Source: an uncultured Methanosarcinales archaeon (GTDB lineage Archaea; Nanobdellota; Nanobdellia; Woesearchaeales; DATDXC01). Taken from it: a stretch of 62,688 nt of DNA. The notes under the pieces are model-generated. The model was not told the origin of the DNA. It did no database searches and was given only the letters and a program-made list of their open reading frames with translations. The translations under genes were made by a program, and so were the position numbers. Location of the stretch: assembly GCA_964510025.1 (NCBI GenBank), contig CAZDZV010000002.1:124001-186688 (forward strand), read 5' to 3'. Positions 35,325-48,706 of this stretch are shown piece after piece. Every line of letters begins with the position of its first letter. The first letter of the stretch is position 1.

Positions 35325-35939
35325 CTATCTCCAGCTGTATGGATCCTTTTTCCATTCAGCTATCCTCTTCTGGTCATCTGGAGCTATATAGCCTTCTTTT
35401 TCAGCAACCTCTACAAGTGCTGAAAAGGTTGTCAGTGTCAGAAGCTTCACATCTTCAAAGGCTTTTCGCGCTTCCTCCAGCTCATAGGTAAATATGGCCA
35501 TATTGGCTATCACCTCTGCGCCTGCTTGCTTGACAGCTGTGACCCCGTTCAAGGATGATTTGCCTGTCGATATCAGATCCTCGATGATTATGGTTTTCTG
35601 CCCCTTATCCAACTTACCTTCTATGAGATTCTCCTTGCCATGCTCCTTCTTCTTTTTTCTGATGTACACCAAAGGCAGCCCTAATGATTCAGCTATCCAT
35701 GATGCCCATGGTATCCCTGATGTTGCAATGCCTGCAACCGCCTCTGGCTTCAGCTTATAGTCTTGTATGAGCTTCAGAAAACTCTCCACGATGATCTTCC
35801 TCTTTTCCGGAAATGACATAAGAATCCTGTTGTCTGTGTAGACAGGGGAGAGTATACCTGATGTCCATCTGAAAGGGGGGTCTACCCGTAAGATAACAGC
35901 TTTTGCGTCAAGCAGTATTTTTGCAATCTCCCTATCCAT
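35325..35939 (-). CDS. pyrE: Orotate phosphoribosyltransferase
   Basis: F.WTSG..SPVY.DNR, RK..K.HG and the PRPP-binding motif IIEDLISTG. Confidence 0.96.
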   Translation of the reverse strand: MDREIAKILLDAKAVILRVDPPFRWTSGILSPVYTDNRILMSFPEKRKIIVESFLKLIQDYKLKPEAVAGIATSGIPWASWIAESLGLPLVYIRKKKKEHGKENLIEGKLDKGQKTIIIEDLISTGKSSLNGVTAVKQAGAEVIANMAIFTYELEEARKAFEDVKLLTLTTFSALVEVAEKEGYIAPDDQKRIAEWKKDPYSWR

Positions 35940-37116
35940 ATGAGACCTCCTTCCCCCTTATCTCGAACACATTTCCATTGTCAAATACAATATTTCCGTT
36001 GACAATTGTCATTGACGGCCATCCTTTTAAAGTTTTTCCTTCAAAAGGGCTCCAGCCGCATTTAGCCAGAAGATTATCAGCCCTTACTTTTTGGCTATGC
36101 TGCAAGTCTACTGCAGTAAGGTCTGCATCATAGCCAGGTTTGATAGCCCCTTTGCTTTTGATCCTGAATATGCGGGCTGGATTTCTGGAGGTCAACTCTG
36201 TCACCCTTTCAAGGGTGATCCTCTTTTTGTTAACAGCATCCAATAGTAGCGGAAGCATGGTTTCCACTCCGGGAACACCATAGGGCTCAGCCTCTTTTTT
36301 TTCATCCAATGTGTGAGGGGCATGGTCTGTTCCGACTGTATCAATCAGGCCTGTCTTGATTCCGTCCCAGAGGGCAGCCTGGTCTGACCTGCTCTTGAGC
36401 ATGGGCTTCATCTTGGCCAGGGCACCCAGCTTGTCAACTTCCTTGAAGCTAAGAAACAGATGATGCGGAGTTGCCTCTGCAAAGATGTTTTTCGTCTTGT
36501 TTTTCCTGATGATCCCCAGTTCATCTTTTGTCGTGATGTGGCACAGATAAAGCTTATTCTTTGTCTGCTTGATCAAGCGAATGGCTTTCAGCACATTCCT
36601 GTTTTCAGCATGGACCGTGGTTATCAGTGAATTTTTGAAGATGCCGAGTATCGTCTCTTCATCGCTTATCCTCATATTTCCGGTAGACTCGTCCATGAAA
36701 ACCTTGACAGAAGCGACATTCCTGGCCTTTTTTATTTGACCCAGGTTATAGGTCGATGAACCGAAATGGAAGCCGTAGTTGACGATTGATTTTTTTGCCA
36801 GCTCCCTTTTCTCATCCAGCAGCTTCAGTGTCACTGTGGGGGGTATTGTGTTAGGCATGTCCAAAACAGTTGTTATGCCCCCCTTTGCAGCGGCTATGCT
36901 TCCAGAAAGAAAATCCTCCTTATGGGTCAGTCCTGGCTCTCGGAAATGGACATGCGGGTCTATGATCCCTGGCAGCACTATCTGGCCTTTCATATCTATG
37001 ATCTCATCAGCGCTTGGCTCTTTGCCCGTGATTTTTCGGATCCTGCTGTCTATCAGGATATTTTTTCTTACTAATCTGCCATCCTGGACTATTCTGCAGT
37101 TCTTGAGAAGCTTCAT
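35932..37116 (-). CDS. pyrC: Dihydroorotase
   Basis: PGIIDPHVHFREPG, DMPNT and TDHAPH motifs. Confidence 0.95.
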   Translation of the reverse strand: MKLLKNCRIVQDGRLVRKNILIDSRIRKITGKEPSADEIIDMKGQIVLPGIIDPHVHFREPGLTHKEDFLSGSIAAAKGGITTVLDMPNTIPPTVTLKLLDEKRELAKKSIVNYGFHFGSSTYNLGQIKKARNVASVKVFMDESTGNMRISDEETILGIFKNSLITTVHAENRNVLKAIRLIKQTKNKLYLCHITTKDELGIIRKNKTKNIFAEATPHHLFLSFKEVDKLGALAKMKPMLKSRSDQAALWDGIKTGLIDTVGTDHAPHTLDEKKEAEPYGVPGVETMLPLLLDAVNKKRITLERVTELTSRNPARIFRIKSKGAIKPGYDADLTAVDLQHSQKVRADNLLAKCGWSPFEGKTLKGWPSMTIVNGNIVFDNGNVFEIRGKEVSYG

Positions 37117-37907
37117 TTTTGGTAATATTGCCTGATAGGCACCCTTTTTCCTGACTTAAGCCTGGCAAACTTGCCGAGCTCTGTCAGCTTCCTTATCTGG
37201 GCTGACGCAAATACAGGCCCGTCTTTGCATACAAGCTGGTCATCTATGCAGCAGCTGCCGCATATGCCTATGCCGCATTTCATAAATCTCTCCAAAGATG
37301 CCTGGCATTCTATGCTGTTCTTTTCGCAGATATCGAACACCTGCTTGATCATGATTTCAGGACCGCATGCATACACTGTTCTTGTGTTTCTGGTTATCAT
37401 CTCTTCAAGTATATCTGTCGTAAATCCATGGATGCCGAAACTTCCATCATCAGTGCAATAGATTATCCTGTTCCTGTTCTTTTCAATCATGGCCAAAAGG
37501 CCCTTATCCTCAAGATACAGCAGCAGGTCTTTTGATTTTGCCCCCTGGATGATTGTTGAATCCTTTATATGCTTGATCAGCTGCAAAGCAGGGGCCATGC
37601 CCAGGCCGCCGGCCACTATTATTGAATTGCCTTTTGGTGAAAAGCCATTACCGAACGGACCTCTAATTCCGACTTTGCTTCCTGGCTTGATCCTGGAGAT
37701 GGTTGTTGTAAAACTCCCTTTTTTTTCGATTGTAATACCAAAATAATCATTTTCTAGGTATGAGACTGCAAACGGCTTCTCATCTACACCTGGAAGCCAC
37801 AGCATTATGAACTGTCCTGGCTCGTACTTAATCTTGCCATCCAGGATGAGTGTTACTGCCTTAGATGTCTCCCTTACTATCTTTTTTATTTTATGGACTT
37901 TATGCAT
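37113..37907 (-). CDS. pyrK: Dihydroorotate dehydrogenase electron transfer subunit
   Basis: PGQF, GPFGNGF, GGLG and the [2Fe-2S] motif CGIGICGSC..VCKDGPVF; adjacent to pyrD. Confidence 0.94.
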   Translation of the reverse strand: MHKVHKIKKIVRETSKAVTLILDGKIKYEPGQFIMLWLPGVDEKPFAVSYLENDYFGITIEKKGSFTTTISRIKPGSKVGIRGPFGNGFSPKGNSIIVAGGLGMAPALQLIKHIKDSTIIQGAKSKDLLLYLEDKGLLAMIEKNRNRIIYCTDDGSFGIHGFTTDILEEMITRNTRTVYACGPEIMIKQVFDICEKNSIECQASLERFMKCGIGICGSCCIDDQLVCKDGPVFASAQIRKLTELGKFARLKSGKRVPIRQYYQK

Positions 37908-37916
37908 TCTCTCAGT

Positions 37917-38798
37917 TCATTTTCCCAACTCTTCAATTGAGCTATATTTCTCCTTCTTCATCTTCTGTATCATCTCATCACAGACTTTCTTAAAAACATC
38001 CATCCCCCTGAAGTATATTCCTGAGCCGATGCCAACTGCTGTTGCTCCTGCTTTGAGCATATCCAATGCGTCCTTCCCGTATGCTACGCCGCCGTAAGCG
38101 ACAATCGGAAGATCGACAGCAGCCCTTATCTCCTTCACTTTTTCCAGCGCGACCTTCTTTATGGCAGGGCCGCTTATGCCCCCTTTACCGTAGGCTAGGA
38201 TGGGCTGTTTCAGCTGAGGGTGCACGATTTTTTTTTGCACTGTATTTATGGCTGAAATAGCATCGGCCCCTGCATTTTCGCAGACAGCCGCAATCTCCCC
38301 TATGTCTCTGCAGTTTGGGGTCAGCTTGGGCATTATAGGTATACTCACAGCATCTTTTAGCTTCTTCACCAATACTCTCATCGCTGACCTGTTTATGCCA
38401 AAAGCCATGCCATCATCCTTGTTCGGGCAGGATACGTTCAGCTCAATGATAGATGGCTTATACGGCTCTATGTGCTTGGCAATCTTCACATAATCATCAA
38501 CTGTAGAGCCGTAGACTGACGCTATCAGGGGGACTGAAAGCTCTTTCCATCTGCTATAGTCTATGTTCCTGTATCCTGGGGTTGAGAGCCCTACGGCGTT
38601 ATATATCCCGTTTTCGACCTCGACAACAGTAGGATTATTATGGCCGGGGTGTTCAACAGGGCCGATTGATTTTGTGGTTACAGCTCCTGCGCCGTTAGCT
38701 GCCACCCTCTTCAGCAGATCTGCAGAAGTGCCGAGAAAGCCAGAAGCAAGCACTGTAGGGTTCCTTAGCTTAACCCCACAAAGCTCAACATCTAGCAT
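37917..38798 (-). CDS. pyrD: Dihydroorotate dehydrogenase, class 1B catalytic subunit
   Basis: NP.VLASG, ELNVSCPN, KLTPN, AINT and GGISGPAIK motifs. Confidence 0.96.
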   Translation of the reverse strand: MLDVELCGVKLRNPTVLASGFLGTSADLLKRVAANGAGAVTTKSIGPVEHPGHNNPTVVEVENGIYNAVGLSTPGYRNIDYSRWKELSVPLIASVYGSTVDDYVKIAKHIEPYKPSIIELNVSCPNKDDGMAFGINRSAMRVLVKKLKDAVSIPIMPKLTPNCRDIGEIAAVCENAGADAISAINTVQKKIVHPQLKQPILAYGKGGISGPAIKKVALEKVKEIRAAVDLPIVAYGGVAYGKDALDMLKAGATAVGIGSGIYFRGMDVFKKVCDEMIQKMKKEKYSSIEELGK

Positions 38799-38799
38799 T

Positions 38800-43419
<4,620 letters not shown>

Positions 43420-43423
<4 letters not shown>

Positions 43424-44493
43424 TTTAATAATTTAATCCAGTCATCAAATATGTGGTTAGAGTCAAGAGGTCCAGGCGCAGCTTCTGGATGGAACTGAAC
43501 CGAATGGATATTGTTTTTATTGTCGCATACTCCCTCAACGGACTTATCATTAAGGTTTATCATAGTAACCTGGAGATCTGTGCTATCCACAGAAGATTCC
43601 TCTATGGCAAATCCATGGTTCTGTGCTGTTATATATACCTTATTTTCCTGTATATTTTTCACAGGCTGGTTTGAGCCGCGATGGCCGAACTTCAGCTTAT
43701 AAGTCTTGGCGCCCAGACCAAGGCCAACAACCTGATGCCCAAGGCAGACCCCGAATAATGGGATTTGACCGGCGATATTCTTCACGAGTGATATAGCCTC
43801 TTTTGCCTTCTCAGGATTGCCGGGTCCGTTGCTTATCAGGACTCCGTTGACTTTTGAATCTATGATCTCCTGCGCAGTTGTATTGTAAGGAAACAGCTTT
43901 ACATTCACCTTCTTGTTCATCAACCAGCCGATGATAGAATGCTTCACCCCAAGATCTATCATGCCAATGGTCTTTTTCCCCTTACAGTCAAAGTCCTTGA
44001 CAGTCTTAACAGACACCTTTCTTAGAAGGTCCACCTCAGATATATCCGGCAGAGATCTGGCCTGAACAACAGCTTCCTCTTCACCTATATCATCCGAAGA
44101 AACCAGAATAGCATTCATTGCGCCCTTAATCCTCAGCTTCCTGGTGATCTCCCTTGTGTCTACATCGCTTATGGCGGGTATGTTGTATTCCTTGAGAAAC
44201 TGGCTTATGCTTTTGGATGCTATCCTATGATCATAGAACTCGCTTTCCTGCCTAACGACAAACCCTTCTGGCTGGATCTTGTCTGATTCAAAGAACCCTT
44301 TTCTCACGCCATAGTTGCCGATCAGGGGGTAGGTCATGGTAAGGATTTGTCCTTTGTAAGAAGGATCAGTCAAAGCCTCTTCATAGCCTACCATGGATGT
44401 ATTGAAGCAGAGTTCCCCTCTTGCAGTACCTTCAGCCCCTATTGATTTCCCTTTGAAGACTGTACCGTCTTTCAATGCTATCAAAGCCCTCAT
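43420..44493 (-). CDS. carA: Carbamoyl-phosphate synthase small subunit
   Basis: LTDPSY.GQ, SNGPG, GVCLGHQ and QFHPEA motifs. GGTGAT SD upstream. Confidence 0.98.
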
Positions 44494-44561
44494 GCAGGAT
44501 CACCATGAAACAAGAGCGCCTGAGAAAGCAAGAATTTTATGCTCCTGATGTTTATTCTCAT
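44490..44561 (-). other. Putative 23-aa leader ORF upstream of carA (MRINIRSIKFLLSQALLFHGDPA)
   Basis: ATG lies about 25 nt downstream of a BRE-TATA (cgaaaactatattaataa, 44587-44604). Its TGA overlaps the carA ATG (ATGA). Confidence 0.45.
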
Positions 44562-44631
44562 ATCAAGAATAAAGAGAGATACCGGCTTATTAATATAGTT
44601 TTCGTTTTTATAATAACTACTTACCGTCGAC

Positions 44632-44670
44632 AAAAAAAGGGTTTCCCCTAAGAACACTCACTCTGGGAAA
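44632..44670 (-). terminator. Putative terminator after the wHTH gene
   Basis: TTTCCC...GGGAAA stem followed on the minus strand by CCCTTTTTTT. Confidence 0.45.
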
Positions 44671-44683
44671 TGAAAAGCATGGA

Positions 44684-45157
44684 TTATTTATAAATTTTTT
44701 GGTAGTCTTTGTCCACCTTATCTGCGTATTCTTTCAGGCGGTGTATTGTGGAGTCCAGCAGAAACTTCTGTATCTTTTCGTCGAAGATTTCCTTGATAGA
44801 AAGGTTCTCGGTTATCCTGTAGTTGCCCTTCATGTTCTCTATAAGGAACATCTCTTTCAGCCTGCGGAGCTGCCTCCTTATGTTCGGTGGGGTGACGCCA
44901 AGCTTAGAGAGCTTGTGTTTTTTTCTTTCTTCTATGACTAAATCCTCTACGTCATCTGCGGAAAGCTCATGCTTTGCCTTGAGCATTACATTAAATATAT
45001 CTACTATGACATCCCTGGAATCGCCTGGCTGCAGCAGGCCCAAGCTCAGGCACAGCTTTCTTACAAGGTCCCTTCCTTCAGAGTTGCCGGGCTTTTCGTA
45101 TCTTCTTAACGTGATCTCATCAAGCGGGATGTCCTTGCTGATTGTTTTTTTCTGCAT
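44684..45157 (-). CDS. Winged helix-turn-helix protein (putative transcription regulator)
   Basis: LSADDV...GVTPPNIRRQLRRLKEMFLIE...NYRI fits a wHTH pattern. Confidence 0.7.
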   Translation of the reverse strand: MQKKTISKDIPLDEITLRRYEKPGNSEGRDLVRKLCLSLGLLQPGDSRDVIVDIFNVMLKAKHELSADDVEDLVIEERKKHKLSKLGVTPPNIRRQLRRLKEMFLIENMKGNYRITENLSIKEIFDEKIQKFLLDSTIHRLKEYADKVDKDYQKIYK

Positions 45158-45335
45158 ACCAGCTAATATAAGATAGGTTGTATTTATTAGTTGCTGCTAA
45201 ACCCACTTGATAGTAAATTTTGACCACTTAATTCATATGAATAGGACCTAGCGGAGGGGGTGTCCAGCTTGCAGAAATAGCGTTGACTTCTTCAAGGGTA
45301 TGCAAGCCAGTCGAGCATCTGCCGATATACCATGC

Positions 45336-48300
45336 TTAGACCTTGTCAAAATATATCTCAAAAGTCTTTCCCTTTATCTTCTCTTCTGAAGAATTGCCCA
45401 TCTTCTTGGCCGGAGCTATCTCAGATATCTTTATCTGTGCAGCCCCTACTTTCTCCTTGATCATGTTTTCATGCTTTGAGAGCATACTGACCTCTTCTTC
45501 ACCTGCCTTTATGGCCAGGGCAATTGGGTCATTCTTGCTAAGGCCTGCCTTCTTCCTCAGGTTCTGGACGCGCCTCATCACTTCCCTTGCATAGCCTTCT
45601 GATTCAAGCTCATCGTCCAGGCGCTTGTTAAGATACAGGTAACCATTCTTGAAAGACGCTTCCTGGTAAGGCTCTGGCACTATCCTTTCCACCATGATGT
45701 GCTCTTTGGTTATCTTGAACTCCTTTCCATCTGCCTTGATGATGTGCCTCCCGTCTCTTTCCATGTAGTCCATCACGGTCTCAGGCGTCTCAGAACTGAG
45801 CTTTGCGATAATCTTCGGCGAGTCTGCTCCGAAATCAGGACCTAGCTTCTTGAAGTCTGCCTTAAGCTTCACCTTCAGTCCTTGCAGCCTGTCTGTTATC
45901 TTAACCTGCCTTAGATTAACCTGTCTCTTGATTATCTCAGAAAGCTGATTCACGGCCTTTTTTGTCTTTTCATCCTTGGTCAGTATCATCATCTCTTTCA
46001 ACGGCCATCTGATCCCCAAGCCTATCTTCTCCCGGGCAGCAAGTCCTGCCTGGATGACATTGCCCACCAGATCCATGTTCTTCTCCAGCTCCAGGTCGAT
46101 GTCTTTCTCTTTCGGCTTAGGCCATTTCAAGAGGTGGACGCTCGCTTCCTCCAGCCTAAACTCCTTTTTCAGGTTCTGGTATATAGCTTCTGTGGCGAAG
46201 GGAGCTATAGTCGAGAACATGGCAATGGTATCCATCATCACATCATATACTGTATACAAGACTGTCTGCTTCTCCTTATCAGAACCCATCGCTGATTTTT
46301 CCCTTACCAGCTGGATGTAGGTCCTGGAAAGCTCGAGGAAAAGCTCCTCGATCACCAGCGGGACCTCGTTTATCCTGTACTGGTCATATAGCTTGGTTGC
46401 TTTCTTGATTGCAGAATTTTTCTTGGATATTATGTATTTTTCCTCTGTCGCAAATTCTCTTGCCTTTGTGCCTACATTGTGAGCCAGGTCTGTCAGAAAT
46501 CTGTGCAGATTCCAGAGTACAGTCAAATTCTTATGCTTCAGCTTTGTGTCTTCGCTGTTATAGTTGAGATCAAGGCCGGGGCTTGCTCCCCCTATCATGT
46601 AATACCGCAAGGTATCGGCGCCGTATTTGTCAATAACCTCATAAGGGGATATTATGTTGCCTAGGCTCTTGGACATCTTCCTTCCCTTGGCATCCTGCAC
46701 AAACCCGTGCATGTAGCATGCCTTATAGCTGTGCTTATCCATGCTTACCATAGACGCTACAAGAAGAAGATTGAACCATCCCCTTATCTGGTCCTTCCCT
46801 TCAAGTATGAAATCAGCAGGCCAGAGTCTGCCAAACAGATCCTTTCTTTGAGGATAATCCAAACAGGTCCATGATGTTGTTCCGGCATCTATCCATACAT
46901 CTAGAATATCAGGTATCCTTTGTTTGTTTTTTCCGCATTTGCATGGTATGGTAATCTTGTCTATCCATGGCCTATGCAAGTCATCCGGAACCTTTCCAGC
47001 CAATTTCTTCAGCTCATCTATGGAACCCACCACATCATACTCTCCGCATTCGCATCTCCATATAGGCAGCGGGGTTCCCCAGTACCTCTGCCTTGTTATC
47101 CCGTTGTCTCTAAGATTATCAAGCCATGAATCAAACCAGTTCTTGCCTGCCCAGTCTGGCTGCCAGAATACCTTCTTATTAAGCTTCTTCATATTTTCGA
47201 CGAGATCCTCTACCTTAAAAAACCATTGTTTCGTTGTCTTGAAGACAACAGGCGCATGGCATCTCCAGCAGTGGGCGTACTCGTGGTCGACAGGTGTTGA
47301 GGCTATCAGTGAGTCGCCTAAAGCCTCTATGAACTTTTCATCATCTTTTTTTGCCCTGAGGCCTGAGAATTTCCCCATGGTATCAGGAAATTTCCCTGAT
47401 TCGTCTATATTGTTAAAAGGGGGAAGCCCATTCTTATGCCCGACCTCATAATCCTCTGGTCCACACCCAGGAGCGCAATGCACAAGTCCGGTGCCGGCTG
47501 AAAGGTCCACATATTCCGATGACAGGAGGACCGTATGAAGGTTGTCAGCCTTGATATCCTTAAATGGCTTGATCTCGTCCTTCCATGGGTGCTCATATCC
47601 TACGCCTTCCAGCTCCCCGCCTTTGAGCTCTTGGACTACCTTGTAGTTCTTGCCGACAACCGACCCCATAAATGCGCCGACAAGGCCTTTTGCGATTGTC
47701 CATATCTCTTCATCAACCTTGATGCGGACATAATCCAGCTCTGGATGCACCATTACAGCCAGATTGAAGGCAAGTGTCCAGGGCGTCGTGGTCCAGATAA
47801 CCAGGTATTCATCCTGCTTCCCTGTAAGCTTCAGTTTTACAAATATGGACTTGTCTGTTATATTATCATATTCAAGCTCATGCTTTGCCAAAGCAGTGCC
47901 GCAGTGGGCGCACCAATGCATAGTCTTCTCACCCTCATACAGCCTGTTGTTCTCATGGGCTTTCTTGATAAGCCACCATTCCCCTTCCATAAAGCTGTTC
48001 TTTATGCTCTGGTAGGCGTTTTCAAAGTCCATCCATATCCCTAAGCGGACGAAATCCTTGTTCATTTGCTCCAGGTTCTCTTTAGAGAGCTTCTTGCATT
48101 GATCTATGAACTTATCAACGCCGAATTTAGGTATATCATCCTTGCTTTTCATCCTCAGTCTTGCCATGACCTTATGGGCTGTCGGCAGCCCATGCATATC
48201 ATAGCCTGCACGGTCCCATACGTTTAAGCCCTGCATCCGCTTATATCTGAGCAGGCAGTCCTTCATCGCCTTGTTCCATGCCTGGCCAAGATGTATCCTT

Positions 48301-48422
48301 CCTGATGTGTACGGCGGGCCATCAAGAAAATAGAAGTCTTTGCCGCCCTTGTTCCTTTGCTTTATTTTCTGATATATGCTGTTCTGCTCCCAAAATCGCA
48401 GCATTGATTCTTCCTTTATCAT
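45336..48422 (-). CDS. ileS: Isoleucyl-tRNA synthetase (archaeal/eukaryote type)
   Basis: DGPPY, HIGH-like HLGQ, WTTTPWT, GTGLVHCAP, RQRYWG, EGKDQ.RGWF and KMSKS motifs. Confidence 0.97.
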   Translation of the reverse strand: MIKEESMLRFWEQNSIYQKIKQRNKGGKDFYFLDGPPYTSGRIHLGQAWNKAMKDCLLRYKRMQGLNVWDRAGYDMHGLPTAHKVMARLRMKSKDDIPKFGVDKFIDQCKKLSKENLEQMNKDFVRLGIWMDFENAYQSIKNSFMEGEWWLIKKAHENNRLYEGEKTMHWCAHCGTALAKHELEYDNITDKSIFVKLKLTGKQDEYLVIWTTTPWTLAFNLAVMVHPELDYVRIKVDEEIWTIAKGLVGAFMGSVVGKNYKVVQELKGGELEGVGYEHPWKDEIKPFKDIKADNLHTVLLSSEYVDLSAGTGLVHCAPGCGPEDYEVGHKNGLPPFNNIDESGKFPDTMGKFSGLRAKKDDEKFIEALGDSLIASTPVDHEYAHCWRCHAPVVFKTTKQWFFKVEDLVENMKKLNKKVFWQPDWAGKNWFDSWLDNLRDNGITRQRYWGTPLPIWRCECGEYDVVGSIDELKKLAGKVPDDLHRPWIDKITIPCKCGKNKQRIPDILDVWIDAGTTSWTCLDYPQRKDLFGRLWPADFILEGKDQIRGWFNLLLVASMVSMDKHSYKACYMHGFVQDAKGRKMSKSLGNIISPYEVIDKYGADTLRYYMIGGASPGLDLNYNSEDTKLKHKNLTVLWNLHRFLTDLAHNVGTKAREFATEEKYIISKKNSAIKKATKLYDQYRINEVPLVIEELFLELSRTYIQLVREKSAMGSDKEKQTVLYTVYDVMMDTIAMFSTIAPFATEAIYQNLKKEFRLEEASVHLLKWPKPKEKDIDLELEKNMDLVGNVIQAGLAAREKIGLGIRWPLKEMMILTKDEKTKKAVNQLSEIIKRQVNLRQVKITDRLQGLKVKLKADFKKLGPDFGADSPKIIAKLSSETPETVMDYMERDGRHIIKADGKEFKITKEHIMVERIVPEPYQEASFKNGYLYLNKRLDDELESEGYAREVMRRVQNLRKKAGLSKNDPIALAIKAGEEEVSMLSKHENMIKEKVGAAQIKISEIAPAKKMGNSSEEKIKGKTFEIYFDKV

Positions 48423-48464
48423 AAGTTTCTAGAAAATAATGCAGCATTTATAAAGTTTATGCGG

Positions 48465-48614
48465 CTATTTAAGGACACAGCTGCACTTAATGCAGACATG
48501 CGCTTTCTTTTCAGCGTCGAATCTTGTGTTGACACCCAGCTTGATAATGCTCTCGCATCTAGGGCATTTAGGCTCAAGGACAGCTATATCTTCAAATATG
48601 TTCACAGTATTCAT
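48465..48614 (-). CDS. Small Zn-ribbon protein, 49 aa (not in track)
   Basis: MNTVNIFEDIAVLEPKCPRCESIIKLGVNTRFDAEKKAHVCIKCSCVLK, with two CxxC motifs and a GGGTG SD-like sequence. Confidence 0.75.
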   Translation of the reverse strand: MNTVNIFEDIAVLEPKCPRCESIIKLGVNTRFDAEKKAHVCIKCSCVLK

Positions 48615-48706
48615 TTCCAACACCCTTTACCTTATAATAAATCAGGATTTATAATATTTTTGTTATAATTTTAAAATTTATAATCTGTCTTATATAATTT
48701 ATATAA

